Below are positions 48,477-62,700 of a DNA stretch of 64,000 nucleotides, one piece after another (the stretch's first letter is position 1; the number at the start of each line of letters is the position of its first letter). A program made the translations under genes and the position numbers. The notes below the pieces were generated by a model. That model saw only the letters and a program-made list of their open reading frames with translations. It was not told where the DNA came from and did no database searches. The DNA is from Balanoglossus misakiensis (taxonomy: Eukaryota; Animalia; Hemichordata), in the NCBI GenBank assembly GCA_040954595.2, contig CM082576.2, positions 12,961,129-13,025,128 of the forward strand, in the 5' to 3' direction.

Positions 48477-51400
48477 ATGAAGTGGACATATTCTAAGCTT
48501 TTCGTCCAACTCATCGTGTGGAGGTGGTTTAGCACCACCGTCATCAGCGGTGCGTCTGACTTCGACGATGTCTGCATCGATGGCGAGACTTCGCGCAGAC
48601 TGGACTCTTGCTTCAGCCTCACGTCGGGTGAACCGGTGTGTGACCGCGTGTCGGTCGTCGGCGACCCGGGCACCCAGCTGAGCTGCAACTGTGACGCCAA
48701 GTGCCTGCGCTACGGCGATTGCTGTTTCGACTACCTGGAGGCGTGCGGCAACCATTCTGCCGCGGAAGAATACGTGGCTCTTGCCGCGGAGGAGAAGACA
48801 GACGCGTACGCGTGTGTCAAAATTTCTGATGTATCCGAGGAGAGGTTGTGGATGGTCAACAAGTGTCCAAAAGGCTGGCCAAACAGTACCATCAGCGCCA
48901 AATGTGAAACAGAGGTTCCGTTAGGTACGATATTGAAGTTATTGATAAAAAACTATGCAACGACTGCTGAAAATAGCCAGGGACTTAATAAATTCTTCAC
49001 TTCAGTATGACAATTTGAAATTCATTACTAAGCAGCTTGACTGCGAGAATGTATATTGCACGGGTTGCGGGAAAATGTTGTCGCAAGATAGGACGGGGGA
49101 TATAACTTCAAATATAGGATTCAGTTCACTTCTAGGGCCATGCACGTCACCGCACATTCACATTTCAGTTAATTTTCAGTGAAAGGCACGTATATTCAGT
49201 GTAATCTTAAGGTACTATGCTTTTCGGCGATATGTGACAGTTCTCCAAACCTGTCAATCCTTTGGCTATATTAGGCCTAAAGGTGTTCTAAAAATCCAAG
49301 TTTTCTCCGTAAAGTTTACAGAGAAACTAGCGGCATAGACCTAACGAAGAAATTGGCGTACATTTTGCATATCAAATTGGAGACAATTTGACAGAATTTT
49401 GTTCCGTCATTCCAAATTTTGCATGATGACCCCATTTTTTTATTCTCAAATTTAAGAGAAAATAATCTAAAAGTTACTTTGAGCAACACTTAAGAGAAAT
49501 CTAAGACTAATTTTCGAGGCGCACGCTACCATAAAGTTGCATGATCCGGACCGTTATTACACCCTGAATATCGGAGAGTATTGAAGTCTTTTCAAAGTGT
49601 GCAGTAAATATTGTACAAAACGATCTCAAATCCAAGAAAATAATGCATTTTTATCGAACAATCTTCGGGCAAACGTCGTGTTTCCTTCGAGTTTCTTCAA
49701 TAAATTTCGGTTTCCGGGGAGACTATGACGTCACAAGTAGACTACTTAAGCTACGGAAGCATTGAGCATTGTTGAGTGCGTAACTAATGCATGTGGTATA
49801 GGTTTAATATCAGAGTAAAAAAAATAAAAGATGGTGAAATGTTGCGTATGAGAAAGAATACAAAATGTTTTCAACGGGATTCGAACTCAGCGCCAAATCA
49901 CGTGGTAAGGTCGAAATCTAACATTTTGACAAGGAAGAAATAATGGCGCGACTTAACTTATATTTTGTGTTTGGTTTATTCGTTGTAGGTTTATCGCTGG
50001 AGAGTTTGCCTGTGACTGTGCCATTGAAAGGGGAAGTGTACCGTAACATTTACTGCGCGGTGTGCAATGGAGTCAACGATAGCGATGTCGTCATGTGGCA
50101 GGCCAGTGTTAATGTCACTGTATCAGCCGCATTCAATACAATACACGGAATCTTCGCCAACAGTACAGATCCACTGCCCGAGATCATGAACGTTTCCCGG
50201 GTGTATTTGGAGTCCAATGGTTCGCAGCGCGCGATGGTGGCTATTAGCGTGAAGGACAGAACTGGGGTGAGATTGCGAAGGTGTGTAGGTTATATCGAGA
50301 CGTGCGACGCCGATGTCGCATTGAACATATCTGAAGATCACCCAAATGACACCCGTCTTTGCCAGTCGCGTTTCTCTATCATCTCGAAACGTCTAGACTG
50401 GTATGGCGAGTATGCATACTTTAAAAACGTTCATTGTTTCCGATGCAGTGTAGCCGATCCTCCAGAATCTTCACATTACTTATTTTGTGGCTACATACCC
50501 GAGAGACAATTCGAGAGACATGTTTATGGAATGAAACTGCTTTTTGACATAACAACAAACGGTAAAGTCATCTTGGAACCTGTCCAATCATTCGAATATC
50601 GAACATTATCGCTCGATTTCGAATGCTCTCGACAGGAGGTGTTTGACCCAAGTACACTGGAGTGTATACGTGTAGATTGGACATATGAAAATGGCAGAGT
50701 CGCTCCGTCACCTGTTCAGATGCAAAACATCAGTGACCAGTCAAACATGACAATGTCAAATTTAACCATAGACAGTACTACTGTCTATGATTTAACCAAC
50801 CACACTTTGTACAACTCAGACATAGTATTGACGGAACTACACAAACAATGTGAGCACCCAGCAGAAATATTAATACTAAATGAATCAAATTTCGAAATTG
50901 ACCAAAATACTCTAATTGCCCGAGTTGGCGGTATTTCATTCAAGACTACAATTTTCGAGACGTTTGCTAACAACACCGTCGCTTTCGCTTGCGTGCAAAT
51001 TTACTCGAATTCCTCTATTGTTGGTATGTATGGTGCATGGCTTACTGTTGGTTGTACTTCGTTATCGGTCATTTGTCTGATGATATATTTGATACTACGC
51101 GGCAGGCGTAAACTTCTTCAGACATATCCTGGAAAACTCTTGCTGAATCTGCTAATCGCCGTACTGTGTGCTCAGATTATGTTAGTGTCGAGTATGGGTT
51201 TGAATGAACTACCAAAGTTGTGTTTCTCGGTGGCCGTGGTTTTGCACTATTTCTGGTTAGCCTATTTCTTCTCAATGGCGGTTATCAGCTTCGATGTCTG
51301 CCGGGCATTTCGGTCTGTTCACAATGCTCTTCATGTGAGTCACGGCAGGGGACGGTTCGCCTGTTACTGTCTTTTCGCTTGGTTGCTACCAGCTGTGGTA

Positions 51401-51835
51401 GTGTCCACTGCCGCCATTTTGGATTCACATTTTGTGGTAGGCTTTGAAATCGGCTATGGCAGAGATGGCGTCTGCTGGATCACCGATGCCTTCGCCCTGC
51501 TGTTGCTGTTCGTTGTGCCCGTTGCCGTTGTACTCGCCTTCAATGCAGTTTGCTTCGCGCTAACTCTGAGATACATTACGATTTCCTCGACAAGCCGTGG
51601 TTCTGGCAATGTTTGGCGAGAACATCTTGCCACCGCTATCAAAATGTTTCTAATTATGGGGTTGACTTGGTGTCTTGCATTGGCTGAGGTTTTCATTGAG
51701 AACGGCATTCTGAGCATTTTTGTCAGCAGTGTAAATTCTCTCCAAGGATTTTTTTTTGTCTTAGTCGTGACCGCGAAGGAGGCTACCTCCAAAAATGGAA
51801 AAATCCCCAAAATGTCTACAAATAGTCCTAATTGA
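48477..51835 (+). CDS. Somatomedin-B-domain family-B (adhesion/Methuselah-like) GPCR, 764 aa
   Basis: Exons 48477-48924 and 49989-51835 (phase 1). Signal-like N-terminus, SMB motif CNCDAKCLRYGDCCFDYLEAC, Cys motifs YRNIYCAVCN and FKNVHCFRC, and seven hydrophobic helices with family-B signatures (LHYFWLAYF, AWLLPAVVV, CWI, GLTW, NSLQGFF). Confidence 0.9.
49208..49534. mobile_element. Degenerate TTAA-type non-autonomous DNA element in the GPCR intron
   Basis: ttaaggtactatgc... and ...cgaggcgcacgctaccataa termini; related terminal fragment at about 47872-47945. Confidence 0.5.
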
Positions 51836-53479
51836 ATTGAACCACCGCATATTTCCCTGGACTGTAGAGCCACGGTTTAATACCAGAAGAGATACTTTGG
51901 TATGGTCTTCTTAAATCCAATTTATTCCAGATTATATTTTTTGCGCTCACTTGTTACGAATCCCCCCCCCCTCCTCACCGTTTACCATTTGTATACAATA
52001 GGCCTACAAGTTCCGTGGACGTAGTAATAATATTCGCACGAAAATAAAAGTGAGTCTGAACACATGTAGTCAGGCTGAACTTGGTCCATATTAACCTTCT
52101 AAATTTTAAAGAATGCGCCATTTCGGTAAATCCAAACTAAACCAACTTGTACGTTTGAATAGTCTAGAATCCAGAATCGTGTGCAAAGCGGGAAAAAACA
52201 CGGGTCTGGATTCTGGACTAACGTCTGCATGAAAAACGTGGATCTACAGTGGGTTCTCTCGTTTTTGTATGTGGAAATATAACATACTCGTCGATTCGAT
52301 TTCTGCATTGTTGTCCGTGCACCCAACCGCGCCGGGCAGTGTGGGCGAGCAGTGAGACATACAAGATTTCTCGTGAATATTTCTCTCTGTGGACCGGAGG
52401 AATTACCTGGAAACCTCCGTCAGAAAGAAACAGTTCATTGATTTCCGAAGTTCTTATGCGAAAGATGGGTATCTCCGGGCGAGACATTATTTTTTTACTT
52501 GATAGAGCATTGTGAAAATGATGATTTTGTATTTTAAGAAGCGATGTTTTGGAATGTGTGTGTTGTACTATTTGTTGTGTTATTTTATGGGACCACAGTG
52601 GAAATAAGTTTTTTAACTTTTCTCTGATTTCCTACCACTTGATGTAGGTTGTTTCTATAGTATGTATTTTCAAATGTGTTGTCAATTTTTATGTGCTAAA
52701 TAATTCAAATCAACTATAAAAAATCAGGGTCGCCCTATATGTATAGCATAGTGGTAACGGAATTGTATGTAAATCACCTACTACTTCATAATGATAGTCG
52801 GCGTGTTGCACCTTTTATGAAAAATTTTCTTACATCACTGGAAAATTAGTGATTATTCTGGTACATGTATTAGCTGTGTGTGGCAGGGGGGTGATTGTTT
52901 TTAGTAATAAAGTGATACAATTTCTAACCCTGGCAAAGACGTCTGCAGAGTTATTCGATGATTCTATATAGTACTGTCAGACAATTCTATGTCTGAAGGG
53001 ATACAGGGAACAATCGACAGGTTTCTTTCTTCCTGTTTCCACAGAAGAAGGGAAATCTTTATACTTCGTGTCGAAGGCGTTCTCTTACTCCTTGGCTTTC
53101 GTCAAAGTGTCAGCACAAAATTTTAATAATCCCAAGACAACGAAAGTGTTTAAAGAAATCCAGCCCAATGACAGAAAATAACTACAAAAGAATGGGTTTG
53201 TGATGCTTCAAAGTTTATTCACTACAACAGAAAGATGCAATACATATAAGCAAATTTGTCTCTATTGAGACCATAATATAGACACTTATTCTAAATAGAC
53301 AATAATAAATAATTATGTAATATTTTGAGAAACCTACATATACAGATTTGATCATCTGTTTAAGGCATTTTGCTGTCTCTATCTACTTCAATGCATTTTT
53401 GTCCCCGGTTTTGGAACTTTTTCATATATCCGTTTCATGCTGCGAAATATCTCCAGTGTGAATATGTTGGTTTCAAAGC

Positions 53480-56400
53480 CTACTGGCCCTGGAAAGAGTT
53501 GACCTCTGGGGTGTTCTGCTTGAACCTGCCAGTCTTGACTCCTTCTGCCCACGCAGTTTTACATTCATCGATATCTTCATCTTCGCCACCGTCACAGTCG
53601 CCGTGACCATCGCACATCAGACGAAGTGAAATACAGCGGCCGTTATGACACTGGTATTCCCTGACTTCGCATCCACATCCCATCTCATCTTCTCCATCAG
53701 GGCAGTCTCTGGTGTCGTCGCATTGTTTAGATTCGGGAATACAGGATTGATCTTCACACATAAATTCCCACTCTTCGCAGAAACAGGTGTGCACGGATTC
53801 ATCCTCCCCATTATAGCAATCGTTGTACCCGTCGCACAGAACACTCATGTCTACGCATCCGCCACTCGGACAGCGGAACTGATCTTCCCGACAAGAACAA
53901 TTGTGTTCATCTTCTCCTTCTGCGCAGTCGTAGACAGCATTACATCGCCATTCAGCATATATACACATACCGTCATTGCATTCAAAACCGTCGCAAACTA
54001 CGTCTGCGCTATTCGCCTGGCAGTTGTCTTCCGCTTCATCTGCCCCGTCGTCGCAATCGGAGACGCCATCGCACAGCCACGCAAATGTTATACAGGCACC
54101 GTCAGAGCATTGGAAATCACAACAGTCCATCTCATCTGAGCCATCCAAGCAGTCGGCGATTCCGTCACACTTTGAAAACTCATCAAAACACTGGTTACCA
54201 TCTTTGCAGGGGAGCTGCAGATAACCACAAGAATGGCCATGGGGAGGCTCACAGTTACTTTCATCATCCTTATCAATACAGTCAGCAACTGCATCACACA
54301 ATTTACTGATTGCAATGCACTTGCCATCTTGACATGTGTACTCTGAGTTAGCGTCACATCCGTATTCTTTGTCGTCGTCACTTCCTCCTCCTTTTACTCC
54401 GTCTTCTTCTTTGTCGTCGCCTCCTCCTCCTTTTACTCCGTCTTCTTCTTTGCCGTCGCCTCCTCCTCCTTTTACTCCGTCTTCTTCTTTGTCGTCGCCT
54501 CCTCCTCCTTTTACTCCGTCCTCTTCTTTGCCGTTACCTCCTCCTCCTTTTACTCCGTCTTCTTCTTTGCCATCGCCTCCTCCTCCTTTTACTCCGTCTT
54601 CTTCTTTGCCGTCGCCTCCTCCTCCTTTTACTCCGTCTTCTTCTTTGTCGTCGCCTCCTCCTCCTTCTCCTTCCTCGTCTTCTTCTTCTTCTTCTTGAAG
54701 ACAGAGTTGTTCATCGATCCCATCATCACAGTCTCTTACACCATTACAGACAAGATGTTCAGGAACACAACTGCCATCGCCACAGGTAATGTACTGCGGT
54801 CTACACGTTACAACTGGACAGTTTTGTTCGTCATCTCCACTGACACAGTCAACAGCCCCATCGCAGACCTTGACACCACCTATGCAGGCGCCATCTGAAC
54901 AGGTATACTGTTCTGAGGTGCACGGGCAGCCATTTTCATCTTCTCCGCCGGAACAGTCGGGTCGTGAATCGCACACGGCATTGATAGAAATACATTCGCC
55001 AGATGTGCAGGTGAATTCACTTTCATCACACTCAAACGGCGGACAATTCATCTCGTCATCCTCGCCACTGCAGTCGGCTACGCCATTGCAGAGCAGGTTG
55101 GAAGTGATACACGTGCCATCGGAACAAAGGAAATCACACGGACAATTGGGGTCTTTGTTTTCACCCTGGACACAGTGCACCAGTTTATCACTCGCATGCT
55201 CAGCAACGATACACGGGATAGGGCCGGGGGTTGTGCTTTGGCACTCAGATTCGTCTTCTTGTCCAGGGCAGTCGAAGTTGCCATCGCACACCTTATCATA
55301 GCTGATGCAACCACCACTGGGACAGGCATACTCATCATCACCACATCCACAGTCAGTGCTGCCGCAGTCGTGCTCATCTTCTCCCGATTCGCAGTCAGAA
55401 ACGCCGTCACAGACAAACGACTTCGATATGCAATCGCCGTTTGCGCAGCTGTAGCTGTCGTCTGGCGAACAAAGAGCACAGTTGCACTCATCACTACCGT
55501 CAAAGCAGTCCGGGTGACCATCACACACGTAACAGGGCGCAATACAGCTGCCGTCCGGACAGTAGTAGTCGTTTTCACCACAAAAGCCACGGCAGCCCGT
55601 CTCGTCCTCCGCCCCCTCGCAATCCACCCGTCCGTCACAGATACTGTGCGTTGGGATGCAACCTCCTGAGGCGCATGCGTACTGATAACTCCCACAACCC
55701 TGAAGATGTTGCTGGTCGTGCACATGCACATGTGCTTCCGAACAGAACAGTTCGTCTTCACCATAGTCACAGTCTTCCCATCCATCACACACGAGCTGGT
55801 AAGGAATGGGAGTCCAATCCATACAATAGAAGTCAACAGCACTGCTCCACTCATCTGAAATTTATAAATTTTGCAATGAAATTGACCAATTAATAATTGG
55901 TACGGTTAGTCTGAGAAATCGATTAAAATGTCACAATACAGTCGAATATTCATTTTTGATACCAACAATGAATGTTTTGGGACATTTTACAAAACATTCA
56001 TTTTTACATAAAAGCGAAACGCTGCTTTCCAAGTCGTAGTGGCCAATACTTATCACTGTACCTTTGACTGTAAAAAAAAACACTTCAACTTACCTTCACC
56101 TTGTCTTTTGAGGTCCACGCTCCGATCAAACCCCCTCTGTTTATTCTGTAAACCCTGTGAAACGAGATACATATTCATCACACATTGTATACCTGGAAGC
56201 TTGACTTTTGAAAGCTGAAGGTAAATGAAAGTTTGTTTTGGCAGATAGTCCGGTTGGATATTAATATATCGACGGTAGAATGTGGTATTTTGTACAAAAC
56301 GAGAATGTTTCCCCTACAGTCTGAGCCTGATGTCGCAAAATGCGAACCACAAGCCATCGTCGGGAGGGGGCTAACAGAAAACAAAACCACGCAGTCTCCA

Positions 56401-56696
56401 CACCTCTCCAGGTCAAACTGAAGTGTAAGGACAAGGAACGCAAAGTAGTGCACACTTACAAAGACTTTGGATAAAATTCTACCAATCCCTGCGATTCTCT
56501 CCAATCTTCTGTCAGCATGGGGTGCATGATGGACCGCTTCTGATACATCGCCACGGCGAATGTCACCATTGGGGTGACGTCTCATCGGTAGTTTGACTGC
56601 TTGCGAAGACCGCAGACGCTCGGTTGATTTCAGAGACCACGGTTCTACTACACAACAGCACAGCGCCAACCACAGAGAGAAAGCGAACTTCTTCAT
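53480..56696 (-). CDS. Secreted protein with 16 LDLa modules and a central Gly/acidic tandem repeat (890 aa)
   Basis: Exons 56696-56460 (signal peptide MKKFAFSLWLALCCCVVEP), 56154-56094 and 55854-53480; 9 + 7 LDLa motifs (CIxxxxxCDGxxDCxxGxDE); TATA-like tatataa at about 56748-56754; no transmembrane segment. Confidence 0.9.
54369..54696 (-). repeat. 39-bp coding minisatellite (GGGGDGKEEDGVK) preceded by poly-Glu
   Basis: About 7.5 near-identical units between LDLa modules 9 and 10. Confidence 0.95.
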
Positions 56697-58739
56697 ATTT
56701 ACCACACTTTGGGGGAAATTGAATCCTAGCAAAGCAACTTCTGCGATTTATATAGACCTACAAAATGGCCCCGCATAACTTTTAACGCTTCGCTTTGGGT
56801 GAGCAAATTTAATTCTGGATAATATTTAGTCTCTTGAATGAAAAATTTCCGTTACCTGATGAAAAGTCATCGCAGTGACGTTATTTCCTGATTACAGGGA
56901 TTATATGCCAGAAGGATTTCCGGATTTTAGTCGCGTCTCAACATGTTTTAAATATGTGGAAGCCGTTTAAAAGTCTTAATGATGCAGTTTTTATCGAGCT
57001 AAATCTCAATTTGATAAATGTAGTTTGTATTTAAAATGATCTGTTGTGGCGAGAAATTGTTTAAATGGTCTGATCTGAAATGACACCACAGGCAATGCGT
57101 AGAAATCACGTTATGGACCGGATGTACATTGCCTGCTTCAATTGGCGTTTTCCTTTATCAATTCAAACAGGCGCACGGCTGATACAACGCGCTGTTAAGT
57201 ATGGGGATAAGCTTTACCTATAATATAATGCAGAATAGCCTTTTCGGGCAAAATATTTATTGCAGTTTAGTTACAATATTTCAGGCCCACTCGGGCATGT
57301 GTAAAGTGTGACGTACAAGCTGCCCAGGGCATTCCTACAGATCGAGTCGCCATATTGACCATTTTTCGAAATCCACGAGAACCTGCGTGGCTGGGCGTTT
57401 TATGAGAGTTCATTGTCGCCTAACACAGGACAAATGACTCTATGCCAATCGTGTAAGACGGCACAAGTTACATTTTTTGTTAAACTCTGCACCAATTCTT
57501 CCTGCAAAGCTTGACTTGTATTACTTGGCTAGCAACCAGTTGCTACGGTAATTAATGAGGTATCGCGGGATATCTCTCGCGGGATTTTTTCTATTTTTTT
57601 TAATAAGGTTCAGAATGTGAATACAAAAACGAGCGTGTACCGCAAATTTTACACGATGATAACCTATAGAACAGATTGGAGAATTCAGCATGACGAAGAT
57701 TGACATTTCATTTCATAAGCTTACATGTATATCATACCGTATTGCCAAAATGTTTGTGTCATACAGGTACCATATTGGTGGGCATTGTTTCAGTAGAAAA
57801 CATTTTGCTTAATATTCAATCATGCCTGGGATCAGATTTCTCACATATAAAATTGGCCATATTCATCACACACAAGCCACATTCCTCATATTCAATCTTT
57901 ATAACAAGATTCTAGTGGTAATGCACTCAAACATGGACACTCTGGAGTTATGTCAGTGCTACTAGTTTATTACTTTTTCCGCTCAGAAATGTCTGAATTT
58001 TTTTACTAAAGCAGTTAGTCTGTAACGGTAACACCGTAATGGTGTCACCACTAGCGAAACAAAAAGTAGTCAAAACTCGTCCATTCTTGGCTTTCTTCCA
58101 TTTCAGAGATGAGCAGTGGCACTTTTTAATACTTCATCACTGTAACTTCGTGCTGGGCAGGCACACTGCCACGTCATCAGCCGACATTTGACCTCTCCCA
58201 GACACAATTGGACACAACTTTTAACCTGTGTGAATTTGACACTGGAGTTTTTTATGCAATCGGTCCCTCAAATGTGGTTGCATATGAAATTGCTCCCTCT
58301 ATAGGCAAGTGTAGAAATTCTAGGGAATCACATGTCAATCTACCACACCTATTAACCCATTATGCCTCACTAAACAGTACAGTAGTGCAACTTTCACCGA
58401 AAAGTTAGTCATCAAAGTTGCAATTTAAAAAAACTCTCAACAACCCAGGACTAGATCATAACCACTGTAAAATGTAAAGGTTTCTATGTTTGGTTTTAAA
58501 TAAAAACAACAATAAATTGTACTGTTCTGTTCTGTCCTGTCCTGTGTTATCAAGCAATGTAATTATTACACATAACAAATTTCAGGACATTATGAAGAAT
58601 ATCACAATTGGTGTTTTTTTTTGTCGGATCGACCGTATCCATTGCGACATTTAAAATAGCAATTCAGGAAAGTTTGAGATACTTCTGGAAAAATAAAAGA
58701 TTTCATAATTCAATCAGATGTCATCCTGACACTTAAGTT

Positions 58740-58990
58740 CACAACATTTCACACTCTTGAATACCCTGCACTGGTTACCAGTTACTTGTCGTGTGCAATA
58801 CAAATTCTCAACAATTTGTCTCGACTTGGTGTTGGGCACTGGACCACAAGACCACTCCGCTCTTTCACAAATGTACACAATCTTTCTAGACATCTACGTT
58901 CTTCATCGGATTCATGTCACCTTCGAAAACCACGAACAGCCACTAAATCCTTTGGCGAAGAATTTTTTTTCTCATTCAGGTCCAAGAACT
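58740..58990 (+). mobile_element. Decayed 3' fragment of an L2/CR1-clade LINE
   Basis: Translations LNTLHWLPVTCRVQYK and, after a frameshift, RHLRSS...FG; characteristic of the ORF2 C-terminus of L2/CR1 LINEs. Confidence 0.7.
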
Positions 58991-59761
58991 ATTGCCGTGC
59001 TCTTTTACAGAGAAGTCCTGACTGCCTTGTTCCACACCCACAGTTCCACTTGTAGCTAATGGACATCATAATTCTCCTTTATCACTACTATTAAAATTAT
59101 CAGTAAAAAATGTTAACACAGGGACTGCCAGGCAGCCTTACTTGGGAGTACTTAATTGCCACGCACATGGATTCCTAGTACACTTCTTATTGCATGTTTG
59201 AAACAATGGTTCACACCCGTGTCATGTACATGGAGACACTTGCATTGTTCATGTGTTTCGAAAGGCAGGCTGTTCTAAAAACCCACACATGTACCAATGT
59301 GCCTAAACTATGGCAGTAACCTAATGGTGCATCTTTCAAATTAGTCCAAACGATCAAGTACCTAAGATACCCTAGTAAACAACACATTAGAAAACAATGG
59401 TTGGGTGTTTTGGCAGTTTTTTTTTTGTTCTCCCTAGAACACAGCAGTCATTATCCCTTTCTGTTCTCGAGAAATGAAACGCGACACGACCAGCATCGAC
59501 ATCACTGGGTGCCTTGTGCCACTGGAAACAAGCGTACACATATATAGGTAGACCTCTGTTGCTATGACACCACACCAACAGTGGCTAATAGGTTCACCAC
59601 ATGTATACCGGAAACAGAAAAGAAATCCTTAATCTTCTATTAAATACGGAGTTCATTTGGAAGGAAGAGATACTGGGCAGGTGATGAATGTTTGGTCAGG
59701 AACCACTGTCTTTGACAGCCATTGTGGGACGATCGCTTGGTCGTTGCTCGGGGCGCGGTTT

Positions 59762-62700
59762 CTATTCTGTTTGCAGGGTTAACCTGAGGTGAAGGTACAG
59801 TGGCTTTGAGGTCAGGAGACTCAGTTTCTTTCTTTTGAAGTCTGTCGGCTTTTTGTAGCTGTCACAGAAAAAAAAGAACAGGAAATAAGTCTCACACACA
59901 AAATGTTTCGAAAGAAACCAGGTTACATTGGAAAGACTGGATTGCCCAAACTAATACTTACAGCTCTATTACACATGGACCAGGTTTGATTTCGTCTAAT
60001 TCCATAAATGCAAAACACTTTGTGCTGGTGAATTTCTTCTTGGGCTTGTAGTGCTTGAATTCAAAGAAGATTGCTGTTCCTGTTCAAATTTGAAGAGAGA
60101 GACGAAATATTGGTGCATGTCCAAAAAAGTTGGATATCTTACACAAATGTTGCTAACTTGATGATATTTTGATTTGGAAAGCTGGATATATGCGACATGC
60201 GACATTTATGTTGTCAGTGCTTATGCTGCAGTAAATAGCGCCCTCAATAGGTGGCATTAGCATCTCTGTAGTGTGATGAGATCATGGCAAGAATTACATT
60301 TGGTACCTCACTTGCACATTCTAGCTAAAAGGACATATTTTAGGGTAGTTTCTCACCTTTTGGTAATTTTTCTATGGGTTTTTGAACTTCAACATCTACG
60401 TCATAATAGACGTATAGGTCTTCTTTTTTTATTGAGACTGGCGTTTCTTGCATTTGAGCGACATCAACACCGCTAACATCTGCCAAAGACAATAATAACT
60501 TAGATTTACATGCACTTTTCTCTCACGCCTAATGCTTTAGTTTCTCTATGGTGAAAATTTCTCAACAGGTCTACCAAAAAATCAAGCATGGTGACATATA
60601 AATGTCCTTTTTCGGCACCTTTTGTGAAAATTTCAAGGAAATGACAATATTGTAACACTGTTTTCTCAACATTCTACACGTTAGGCTATGGAATGTGATA
60701 ACCATGCACTGCATCTGGGTAGTCATCTACCTTAATGTAACTTGCAATTTGTCATCTTTTTAGCATGAACACCAGTGAACGTGTCTTACCTTTTACGGAT
60801 ATCGTTATAAACGGATCCACGTGTGACGTGGCATTTTTAAAACCAATTTTTTCAATGTTTATTGTCAGCAGTGTCATCCCAGGTTCGTGGGGAATTCTTG
60901 GTAGGAGATTGCCAGCTGTGTCATGTAAGATAGGAAAATCAATTGATTATACAAGGTAGCAAAATCAGAAGATTTAGCACCAAATTTGTATAAATTTCCC
61001 TGGCTGTTCGTGGACCTACCAATTTTCACAGTTGGCACATTTTCGCAGACAGCTGGTGGTTTCTGTTAACTGTCAGCTATTTTCTACACCCCTGCATATA
61101 CATGTATAACTTGTATCATTTTTGCCTAAGATCAATTCCCTTCCACCTTCATATGTACACAATTCCACTTATACTTACATCTGTATGATGATGTCATTGG
61201 TGTGAAGGTTTGGCCCACAACGCTGGTTGTGGTTGTGTCGCCACCACTACCTTTGCTTCCGCCCGTTGCCCCTAGCGCACCATCCACCTCTTCCTCCTCC
61301 TCATCTTCCACATCAAGGTCATTTATTTTTCCGCTGTCAACCATCGGAGGCGGCCTGGAAATTGACATTTGAAAAAAAATATAAGAATAGCCAAGTACAT
61401 GTATATGAATGGTAGTTTCATGGAGAATACCAAAATGTTTGAAGAAGAATTCGCTTTGCCCGCACAAGAGGAAACAAAAACGCAATTACTATGACATTAT
61501 TTTGATGTATTCATTCTTCTATCAGAATTTTTATAAATTCTGAAGATATTGAGTCTGTGATGAAATCTTGAAAATGAACATCTTTTGGAACAATTGTCTA
61601 TGGCCTGTGAAGGTGCTGTCAATATCCAATTCAGAGTATTAAATTTCAAAACTTTCAGAAAACCAGATTGCCCAAGTACTCATGTGTCCACCTGAATAAA
61701 ATCACAAATAAACTACAACAAAAATTCCAAAGCTTTTGCCAGTACAAGTACTGATAAAATAGTTAAATACCAGTAAAGAAGTGGTCAGTGAACTCATGAA
61801 ATATCTTACTTTAGTGGTGTTGACGGGACTGATACTGGAAATTCTGACTGACTTCTACTCAGCAGACCTGGTAAAACTGAGAGAAAAAAAGAATAGACAG
61901 AGATTATACCATGGCTACTGTTCGAGTAGATGATACCATGTTTTATATGTGAAGATTTTGACAGGAAAGACATTCCTTATCCAGAAGTTTGCTTCTCATA
62001 ATTGCAGCCACAAGGCACAGAACAGACTTCGCGGGACTCATTTTCTAATGTCCCAGTGTGAGTACAATGTAGATTTGACGCGTCGGGCGATAGGCAGCGC
62101 TAATGTCCTCGTGCAATTCATACTTTGCGGTGTTTACGCAATAACCTCATATTATCGTGTACTGTAATGCACTGGTGTATCTATACTCCCCAAATGTCGT
62201 TTTCATTTGGGAAACACACACAATATTTAATTAACTTATCTTTTACTTAGCTGACATTTTTTGTCAGAACTAACATTACCAGGAAATATCAACACTTGAC
62301 ATTTAAATAAAATAAAGTCATTTTTATAACCTCTCATGAAGTATTTGACAGCACTGGATATTATTAGAAAGGTACTTTTGTTGTCACAGTGGGTGTGGTG
62401 CTCTGTAGTTGACACTAATCAAACGTTTCAGATCAATGGAGCCAGACCAGTGCAGTGTGTGTAAAGTGATACACCACAATAACATCTAACCTCAACCAGA
62501 ATGTACAAACTGCCTCACTCAGATGGGGATTTTGTTTGTGTTTGTTTTGTTAAATTTTAAATAACAAACCCAATTAAGTTAAGTGGAAACCATAAAGTTT
62601 GTGACATTTATAATGCAGATGTAATTCCATGGCTATTTTTTTATCATTCTATTATGAGTAATTATAGAGAAAATGGCATTCCTATTTCTACATGTATCTA

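Noticed and set aside
54336-54698. Extensin-like Pro/Ser ORF on the + strand
   Set aside because: Reverse-complement reading of the 39-bp coding repeat.
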